From Candidatus Bathyarchaeia archaeon (GTDB lineage: Archaea > Thermoproteota > Bathyarchaeia > Bathyarchaeales > Bathycorpusculaceae): a stretch of DNA of 32,273 nucleotides. The notes under the pieces were generated by a model that was not told where the DNA came from, did no database searches, and saw only the letters and a program-made list of their open reading frames with translations. The translations under genes and the position numbers were made by a program. This document shows, piece after piece, positions 25,671-32,273 of this stretch; the stretch's first letter is position 1, and each line of letters opens with the position of its first letter. The stretch spans positions 1 through 32,273 of the forward strand of contig JBEKGO010000038.1 in assembly GCA_050012755.1 (NCBI GenBank), in the 5' to 3' direction.

Positions 25671-25913
25671 ATGAAGCAAATACAGGTATATAGTTTGGAT
25701 TTGACCAAAATGGATGGAAGCGGAGACTTCTCGTGTCCAAGATGTGGAAATGCGATATCTCCTGATGACTGTACCGAAAAGGCTTATTCCATTCTAGAAG
25801 CAAAGGTCAGTGATCGGGGTTTGGAGGAAATAATGATTCGCTGCAACAAGTGCGAAAGTGAACTCCATTTGACTGGTTTTTCTCTTTTACAAAAACTGGA
25901 CGAGAACTCTTAA
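25671..25913 (+). CDS. Zinc-ribbon protein
   Basis: GDFSCPRCG..ISPDD and CNKC.S motifs; GGAGGT SD. Confidence 0.85.
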   Translation: MKQIQVYSLDLTKMDGSGDFSCPRCGNAISPDDCTEKAYSILEAKVSDRGLEEIMIRCNKCESELHLTGFSLLQKLDENS

Positions 25914-26117
25914 GTCATCAAAGGAGGCAGAAAATAATGCAGCAATCTCTGCAAAAGAATAGAAGCAAAAAACCAAAAAAATCTAACTGGGAATGCCCTG
26001 AAAAGAAGAATGTGTCTTCAGGATCTTACGTTGACCACATCTAAATAAACTCAATGAGACAAATTTTAGAGGAAAATAGTTAAATACTAACTTCATAAAA
26101 GTTAATTTTGGTATAGA

Positions 26118-26924
26118 ATGGACTTTTTGAATCAAACTGTAACTTTCAAGTGTTTTGATGGCGCTGATTTGACAACTTATGTTGCCGCTCCTAAACCTGA
26201 AGGCCGACACCCCGCAATTATTATTGTGCACGAAGCTTGGGGACTTAACGAGCAGATTAGAGGTGTGGCGAACATGTATGCTGAACAAGGCTTCGTCGGT
26301 ATAGCTCCTCATCTTTTCAGCCGAGACAAAGATCTAACCGAACAAGCGATCGAGAAAGCTATGATGCGCATGTGGCAAATTCCCCCTGAAAAACGTAATG
26401 ACCCAGCTGCAGTGCAGAGCCTAATGGAGAGCCTGTCAGAAAACGAGCGAAAGATAATGAACTTTTTCTTCACAGGGCGAGAAAATGCCGAAAAAGCAAT
26501 GAGACAGGACATTCTTAGCTGTGTAAACTATGCTAAAACCTTGGAAGCGGTAGATGGAGAAAGGCTTGGAATCACAGGTTTTTGTTTAGGTGGCGGATTA
26601 ACTTACCAGCTTGCAACCGAATACCCATTCAATGCAGCTGCTCCTTTTTATGGCGCAAACCCCAAACCACTTGAAGCTGTCGCAAAAATCAAATGCCCAG
26701 TGTTTGGAATTTATGCAGGTGAGGATCTAAGAATAACCAGCGGAGTTCCAGCCTTAGTTGAGAGCATGATTTCTCACAAGAAAACGTTTCAAATGAAAAT
26801 CTACCAAGGAACACAGCACGCCTTCTTCAACGAAAAAAGACCATCGTACAATAAAGACGCCGCGGAAGATGCATGGACCATGACTTTAGCTTTCTTCAAT
26901 AAGTACCTCAAGGCGAATATATGA
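26118..26924 (+). CDS. Dienelactone hydrolase family protein
   Basis: HEAWGLN, GFCLGG nucleophile elbow, D and HAFFN. Confidence 0.93.
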   Translation: MDFLNQTVTFKCFDGADLTTYVAAPKPEGRHPAIIIVHEAWGLNEQIRGVANMYAEQGFVGIAPHLFSRDKDLTEQAIEKAMMRMWQIPPEKRNDPAAVQSLMESLSENERKIMNFFFTGRENAEKAMRQDILSCVNYAKTLEAVDGERLGITGFCLGGGLTYQLATEYPFNAAAPFYGANPKPLEAVAKIKCPVFGIYAGEDLRITSGVPALVESMISHKKTFQMKIYQGTQHAFFNEKRPSYNKDAAEDAWTMTLAFFNKYLKANI

Positions 26925-27115
26925 GCGAAACCAAAAACCAAAACGAGTCAAGTCTACTTTGGGACTGCTTCACTAATTGGTCGTTAACACTGGAAAAAAC
27001 CGAAAAACAAGAAATGCCCAAATAGTTTGTGCCGAAAGGTTAAATTGCACCTGTAAACTGGCTATTAATGTTCATTGTAGCGAAGAAATTTTAGGAACGT
27101 TAACTAAATGGTGAG

Positions 27116-27625
27116 ATGGTGAAGTGTATGTCTTTGTTTGATGTGATTCTAAGCCGTAGGAGTATTCGAAGCTATGAAAATAAAGAAATACCCCAAGAAA
27201 TCTTACGCCAAGTTCTCGAAGCTGGCAGGCAAGCACCATCCGCAGCTAACAGACAGCCGATTCGATTTGTAGTAGTGACAGATTCCGAAGCTAAAAATGA
27301 ATTATCCAAAAGTTTGTTTGGTAAACATATTAAGAATGCGCCTATGGTTATCGTTGGATGCGCAGATGAAGAATCGATTTTAACTGGAAAATGGGCAGTT
27401 GTTGATACTACAATTGCCCTTCAAAACATAGTTCTTGCCGCTTGGACCTTTGGTATAGGTACATGTTGGATAGGGTCTTTTAGTGAAGAAAAAGTCAAAA
27501 AACTCTTTGAAATTCCAGACAAGTGGAAAGTTGTTGCATTATTAACCCTTGGCTATCCTGCGGAGCAGCCGAAAGCAAAAAACAGAAAGCCCTTTGAGGA
27601 ATTGTTTAGCTTCAACAAGTTCTAA
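27116..27625 (+). CDS. Nitroreductase family protein
   Basis: RRSIRSY, APSAANRQP, GIGTCWIG and LGYP motifs. Confidence 0.93.
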   Translation: MVKCMSLFDVILSRRSIRSYENKEIPQEILRQVLEAGRQAPSAANRQPIRFVVVTDSEAKNELSKSLFGKHIKNAPMVIVGCADEESILTGKWAVVDTTIALQNIVLAAWTFGIGTCWIGSFSEEKVKKLFEIPDKWKVVALLTLGYPAEQPKAKNRKPFEELFSFNKF

Positions 27626-27666
27626 TATCAAGCGCATTAAAAAAGGAAAGTGCGAGTGACATCTTC

Positions 27667-27702
27667 ACGGTGTCGGGGGATCAAATCTTCCCGATCCGTT
27701 TT
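27667..27702. terminator. Hairpin plus T-run between convergent genes
   Basis: acgg..tcgggggat-caa-atcttcccga.ccgt followed by tttt. Confidence 0.4.
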
Positions 27703-27741
27703 TGGAGCTAAAATTTGCATGGAAATCTTTCAATTCTTGGC

Positions 27742-28713
27742 TTAGCCTTTGACGACTGGGCTGCCGTTTTTGTAGGAGCATTGAATTCCGTATTTCTTGA
27801 CACATGCAAGACAAAGCACGGGGTCGCATAGATTTGTACTTAGATATTTTTCTCCTCCATCAGGCGCTATAGCCACCAAAACGCCCTCTGAGAGTTCTTT
27901 TGCCTTCTGCATAGCGATATGGAAAATCGCGCCAGAGCTGGGTCCAACAAACAGAGCTTCCTGCAGCGCCAAAAGCCTAGCTGCCTCATCTGCAGACTTG
28001 GGATTTACATAATATATTTCGTCGACGAGTTCTTTGTTCCAGATGGCGGGTACGTATTGAGTTTTCAGATCCTTTAAGCCTTGAATTGCTGTGCCTACCT
28101 CGGGTTGAACGGCGATGACTTTCACGTTGGGGTTGTATTCTTTGAGCCTTTTTGAAACTCCCATCAATGTGCCTGTCGTGCCAATTCCACCAAAGAAATG
28201 GGTGATCTGCCCGTTTGTATCTCGCCAGATTTCCTCGCCCGTGGTCTCGTAATGAGCTAAGACATTTGCTTGGTTGGCGAATTGGTTGGGCATAAAGTAA
28301 TTTTCTGGGTTTTTGTCAACTAATTCGTGGGCTAAATCTTCTGCCCCATTCATGCCCTTAGCTCCATCGCTCAACACGATTTTAGCACCCAGCGATATGA
28401 GAATTTGACGCCTCTCCAGTGTCATCGTCTCAGGCATAACCAAGACAAGATCATAACCCTTCGCGCGACAAACCAGGGCCAATCCTATGCCTGTGTTTCC
28501 GCTGGTTGGTTCAATTACGGTTTTGGCACTGGTGAGCTGCCCTGATTTTTCTGCTTGCTCAATCATGTACTTGGCAATCCGATCTTTAACGGACCCTCCT
28601 GGATTGCACTTTTCCAGCTTGACAAACATCTTTACTCTATGGTTGGGACTTAGACTGCGGATTTCGACCAACGGAGTGTTACCGATAAGCTCAAGCACAG
28701 TTTTAGAATTCAT
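27742..28713 (-). CDS. cysM: PLP-dependent cysteine synthase (CysK/CysM family)
   Basis: IGNTPLV, NPGGSVKDR, EPTSGNTG, GIGTTGT, GPSSG and D.GEKYLS motifs. Confidence 0.9.
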   Translation of the reverse strand: MNSKTVLELIGNTPLVEIRSLSPNHRVKMFVKLEKCNPGGSVKDRIAKYMIEQAEKSGQLTSAKTVIEPTSGNTGIGLALVCRAKGYDLVLVMPETMTLERRQILISLGAKIVLSDGAKGMNGAEDLAHELVDKNPENYFMPNQFANQANVLAHYETTGEEIWRDTNGQITHFFGGIGTTGTLMGVSKRLKEYNPNVKVIAVQPEVGTAIQGLKDLKTQYVPAIWNKELVDEIYYVNPKSADEAARLLALQEALFVGPSSGAIFHIAMQKAKELSEGVLVAIAPDGGEKYLSTNLCDPVLCLACVKKYGIQCSYKNGSPVVKG

Positions 28714-28773
28714 GTAAACCCATCACGAAACATGTAGCTAGTTTAATAAGATTCTAATAAATAATGTGACGAC

Positions 28774-29205
28774 CTACTCCACTCGAAAAACGAATCTGTA
28801 GCGGTCTTTTCCAACCCTTTTAACCTTAAGAATTTCAAAATAGCCGACCTCGCCTGTGTTTTCGACATGCGGATCCTTGCATGGAGTTTTGTCAAACCCC
28901 TCGATCTCCACAATTCTAACCTTTTCTATTGAAGAAGGCAATCTTGTCAGATCAAATTCTTTTTGTGCATCTTCCCTATTCATAATATGCTTGCTTACTC
29001 GAAGGTTCTTCTTTATCACTGAGTTGACGTCATTCTGCAGCGCTGTTCTGTCAATCTTCCTTAAATCCTCTTTGGTGGCAATTTCCATCCTTCCAAAGTT
29101 CTCTTCAAACTTGGCGATGATGAATTTTGCATCGGGAAGCTTGCTCTCCAACGTTCTTGAGAGAATGTGTTCGGCGGTTTGAAGTCTGCCTTCGATTGGC
29201 TTCAT
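28774..29205 (-). CDS. Stand-alone AlaX-like tRNA editing domain protein
   Basis: RLQTAEHIL (HxxxH variant), VRIVEIEGFD and PCKDPHV.NTGEVG (CxxxH). Confidence 0.8.
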   Translation of the reverse strand: MKPIEGRLQTAEHILSRTLESKLPDAKFIIAKFEENFGRMEIATKEDLRKIDRTALQNDVNSVIKKNLRVSKHIMNREDAQKEFDLTRLPSSIEKVRIVEIEGFDKTPCKDPHVENTGEVGYFEILKVKRVGKDRYRFVFRVE

Positions 29206-29312
29206 AAGATTTTGTTGATATCAATTTCTATTTAAGAATTGGGTCAAAACCTAAACGAGTTTACAATGATGAACTGTCTTTATATTTTTATTAAGCTAAT
29301 AATATCAAGCAT

Positions 29313-30443
29313 ATGCTTAAGTCAACAAAAAGAGCTTTAACTCTCTTGTTTTTGCTCTTAACTCCTATTATAACAGCCAACTTGACGCGAGTTAATGCTG
29401 AATTTGCAACAGATCAATCTGGCATGATTAACGGAGTATTAGCCCACGAGATGACCTCTCAAGAAGCTCAAACTTTAGCAAAGTCCAATATCACTTGGGT
29501 AAGCTGTGACGTAACATCGAATCCCTCTGACGACTGTGAATGGGATCAGATCTATTCTTTGGCAAAGCAATACAATCTGTCTTTACTAGGCATTCTCGAT
29601 TGGCATCTCATGAATTATAGTCAAACTTTTCAACTAAGCGATTGGAGTAACGCTGTGAATCAGGCAATAAACGAGTTTGGCGATGTAGTTAAGACTTGGG
29701 AGATATGGAATGAACCAAATTTTGCGTGGAATTCCTACGGATTTTATAATGGAACAGCACAACAATATGTAACTCTCATGCAAACAGCCTATGACAACAT
29801 AAAATCGGCAGCCCCTAATGATACCGTCATAGGTTTAGGCGGAGTACCATTATTTACGGGTGCAGAACCCACTATTGCTAACACGTATGCTTCACAAGCC
29901 TTTGTCTGGGCGCAAAGCGTGGTACAATTGGGTGGAATGAAATATTGTGACGCTATAGCTGTACATGCCTATCCTTATGGCGCTTACAATCAAATAAGCC
30001 AGCTCGCATTCGAGTATTTCCTTCAAAATTACCAACAATTGTGTCAAGGCAAACCCATCTGGGTTACAGAAGTGGGACAAGAATCTTTCAGCACCAACTG
30101 GGCGGCTACAGAAACTCAGCAATCTGCGTTCTTAAACCAAAGCTATTCTCTGCTTCAAGGTTTAGGTGTTAAAGCTTACATATGGTATGAGCTTAACGAT
30201 AATTATACAGATAGACCAGACTCTAACTTTGGTCTTTTTGATAATAGCGGAAACCAAAAGGATGCGTTTAGCGTATTTGCGAATTTGGCTTCTCCGAGTT
30301 TATCCCCGACGCCTGTGCCCTCAACTGCCCCAGAATTATCATTTGGGCTGGTTCTTGCTCTAATTATTGTGATATTGTTTTGCACAATTCTGATAAGAAA
30401 ATGGGGAAACCCTAAATTGAAAAAGACAATCCAAAATAGCTAG
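29313..30443 (+). CDS. Secreted clan GH-A glycoside hydrolase with a C-terminal membrane anchor
   Basis: Signal peptide; WEIWNEP acid/base, VHAY and WVTEVG nucleophile; Pro/Ser/Thr linker, then PE-TM-basic tail. Confidence 0.88.
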   Translation: MLKSTKRALTLLFLLLTPIITANLTRVNAEFATDQSGMINGVLAHEMTSQEAQTLAKSNITWVSCDVTSNPSDDCEWDQIYSLAKQYNLSLLGILDWHLMNYSQTFQLSDWSNAVNQAINEFGDVVKTWEIWNEPNFAWNSYGFYNGTAQQYVTLMQTAYDNIKSAAPNDTVIGLGGVPLFTGAEPTIANTYASQAFVWAQSVVQLGGMKYCDAIAVHAYPYGAYNQISQLAFEYFLQNYQQLCQGKPIWVTEVGQESFSTNWAATETQQSAFLNQSYSLLQGLGVKAYIWYELNDNYTDRPDSNFGLFDNSGNQKDAFSVFANLASPSLSPTPVPSTAPELSFGLVLALIIVILFCTILIRKWGNPKLKKTIQNS

Positions 30444-30500
30444 TTCAAATATTTTGCGCTGAAAATGCTTCCGACCTTTATCTTTCGAGTCATAATCCTA

Positions 30501-30622
30501 AATGCCTAATTTTGTCAAATAATGTCAATTTATGTCAAATAGTGTCAAAAAATGTATCAACCCGTAACCAATTCAAACCCTGAACCAAAAAAGCAAACCG
30601 AAACATAAAGAACAAAATGGCT
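30501..30622 (+). repeat. Dispersed element copy D: about 5-6 x 10-bp (TGTCAA) array plus conserved core
   Basis: tttgtcaaat/aatgtcaatt/tatgtcaaat/agtgtcaaaa/aatgtatcaa, then cccgtaaccaattcaaaccc... Confidence 0.82.
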
Positions 30623-30650
30623 GGAAAGACCAAAATATCGAGTCTCTCTA

Positions 30651-30776
30651 TCTTCACTTTCTTCTCTTTTCCTCACTTTTTGTCACTTTTCTTCACTTTA
30701 TTTCACTTTTTTCACTCAACCAGCAAACAAACCAAACCCCACACCAAAAAGCAACCCAAAACAAACCGCAAAAATC
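30651..30776 (+). repeat. Dispersed element copy E: about 7 x 10-bp (TCACTTTT) array plus conserved core
   Basis: cttctctttt/cctcactttt/tgtcactttt/cttcacttta/tttcactttt/ttcact, then caaccagcaaacaaaccaaacccc... Confidence 0.82.
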
Positions 30777-30844
30777 TACAACAGAAACTCGTCAACAACT
30801 TCACACAGAATTAAGAAACTAAATGAGGAATGAATAGCCATTAG

Positions 30845-31468
30845 CTACCGTTTAACCACGTTGCCGTAGAAATTCTCTATAATTCTGTAACCATCAAGTT
30901 GTGATTCTCCCTGCACGTTGATGCGTTCGGGATGAAACTGCACTCCGTAAAATGGGTTTCGTCTATGTTTAACTGCCTCTACTTCACAAGATTCAGAATC
31001 CGCAAGCAGATCAAACCCAGCATCCTTTAGGCTTTCTTTCAAAACATAATCATAATGCGATTCAGCAAGGGTGGCGGTCTGGCTCTTTGTAAAACCTGCA
31101 AATAAGTCGTCAGCCTCAACTATGCGGACACTCTCAAACCTATCGAGGACTGACTGATTAAGTGTCTCTACTTTTGCTCCAAATGTCCAACAGAGCAGTT
31201 GATGACCAAAGCAGATGCCGAAAATGGGTACGTAACAGGTTTTTATTAGATTAATCGTTGCTTGAAACAATTCTCTATCAGAAGAACTCACAATTCTTGC
31301 TGCAGATCCGCTTAAGACGACGGCGTCTACATTCTTATCAACTTGGAATTCGCTTTGGATATTTCCAAACGGAACAACTTTGCATTCGCTGAATTTGCCA
31401 ACTGCCTTAAGCAAAGCCTCATTTTGGGTAGCTTTAAGTGAACAGTTTACAATCAATGTTTTGGACAT
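30845..31468 (-). CDS. Class I glutamine amidotransferase (GMP synthase subunit A-like)
   Basis: VVLSGS, GICFGHQ, ESHYD and GVQFHPE triad motifs. Confidence 0.9.
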   Translation of the reverse strand: MSKTLIVNCSLKATQNEALLKAVGKFSECKVVPFGNIQSEFQVDKNVDAVVLSGSAARIVSSSDRELFQATINLIKTCYVPIFGICFGHQLLCWTFGAKVETLNQSVLDRFESVRIVEADDLFAGFTKSQTATLAESHYDYVLKESLKDAGFDLLADSESCEVEAVKHRRNPFYGVQFHPERINVQGESQLDGYRIIENFYGNVVKR

Positions 31469-31541
31469 GTAACCACCTTCAGGATTAGATTGCTCTAGCT
31501 TGTTTTAAATATTTAAACACACAATTATTATATGGGGAGTA

Positions 31542-31739
31542 GTGTTGCTGGAAGAACTGCGTCCATGCTTCAATGGTTTCCCCGATGAATGTGTAGCTTG
31601 CCCTGAATATCGTGAAACAAGACATGATCAAGCGTCGCAACTCGTATTTTTTGCAGGGATGACGTATTTGCCGAACATGGCAACAATCGTCAAAGAATGC
31701 AAACGGTATCACAAACGCAAAGTTGAATACCTAATATAA
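31542..31739 (+). CDS. Small Cys-containing hypothetical protein
   Basis: GGGAG SD; C..CxxC..C pattern. Confidence 0.55.
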   Translation: MLLEELRPCFNGFPDECVACPEYRETRHDQASQLVFFAGMTYLPNMATIVKECKRYHKRKVEYLI

Positions 31740-31808
31740 ATCAAATGCCGCAGCCAAATTTGACTAGAAAAATAGACATCGGGGAAAAATCTCGATCTCT
31801 ACTTGACG

Positions 31809-32273
31809 TCATAAATTAAGGCTGTTTTTTGTTTTCAATGCAGGTTGTTTCGCTGAGTCTTGCAGATGCCTGCTTTTTCGCATCGCAAAAATCGCCTCTG
31901 TTTTGGGGCCACCCAGATCATTTACTACCGATTTAAGTTCTTGAGGGATTTCGATATGCTGTGGACAACGTGCAACACATTTTTTGCATTCTTTACATAA
32001 TGAGGCATCAGACCGTTTACCTGTTAGGCCACCCATCAGCATCATGACATACATTGCACGCGATTTTTGTTCGTCGCCAAACATGTAGTAGTCATTGTAG
32101 ATTCTGAAGACGCTGGGGATGTTAACTCCATGAGGACATGGCATGCAGTATTGGCAACCTGTGCATGGAACCTTCATTAGACGCCTAAAAGATTCAGCCA
32201 CATTCTTGATGACAGCAAGTTCACCACGTTTCATTGAGCAGGGCAATGTATTGTCTGCAGCCTTAATATTTTC
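31809..32273 (-). CDS. Aldo/keto reductase with C-terminal 4Fe-4S dicluster (5'-truncated)
   Basis: VPCTGCQYCMPCP.GVNIP and ASLCKECKKCVARCPQHIEIP; frame is open to the window edge (ENIKAAD). Confidence 0.88.
   Translation of the reverse strand, partial: ENIKAADNTLPCSMKRGELAVIKNVAESFRRLMKVPCTGCQYCMPCPHGVNIPSVFRIYNDYYMFGDEQKSRAMYVMMLMGGLTGKRSDASLCKECKKCVARCPQHIEIPQELKSVVNDLGGPKTEAIFAMRKSRHLQDSAKQPALKTKNSLNL

Noticed and set aside
30617-30814. 65-aa ORF (and the similar 22277-22564 ORF)
   Set aside because: They are translations of the non-coding 10-bp arrays and cores.

Overview
Archaeal DNA, inferred to be Bathyarchaeia-like from GGTGA/GAGGTG Shine-Dalgarno motifs, TATA promoters, a TrmB-type regulator and a DUF5752-type domain. 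The left ~20 kb is an accessory island of general-stress-type genes: CsbD, two Lmo0937-type micro-membrane proteins, a PRC barrel, YihY, a bacterial PH domain, a holin-like protein, two recently duplicated flavodoxins with different C-terminal fusions, MgtA and an 11-mer-repeat hydrophilin. It also holds a GC-richer insert with a flippase-like protein and a GvpD/KaiC-like ATPase with a small partner. About ten promoters in this island share a 22-bp inverted repeat (GTnrCTGT-N6-ACAGTCAC) lying about 5 nt upstream of the TATA box, which suggests an archaeal general-stress regulon. The stretch from 20.7 to 22.6 kb holds small ribbon-helix-helix genes. The right part is mostly metabolic. A second unexplained system is a dispersed non-coding element (at least 5 copies): a conserved ~65-bp A/C-rich core, each copy preceded by its own distinct tandem array of ~10-bp period. 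Many real genes under 60 aa are missing from the ORF track. No rRNA, intact tRNA, CRISPR array or transposase was found. All family calls come from motif recognition by eye, not database searches.
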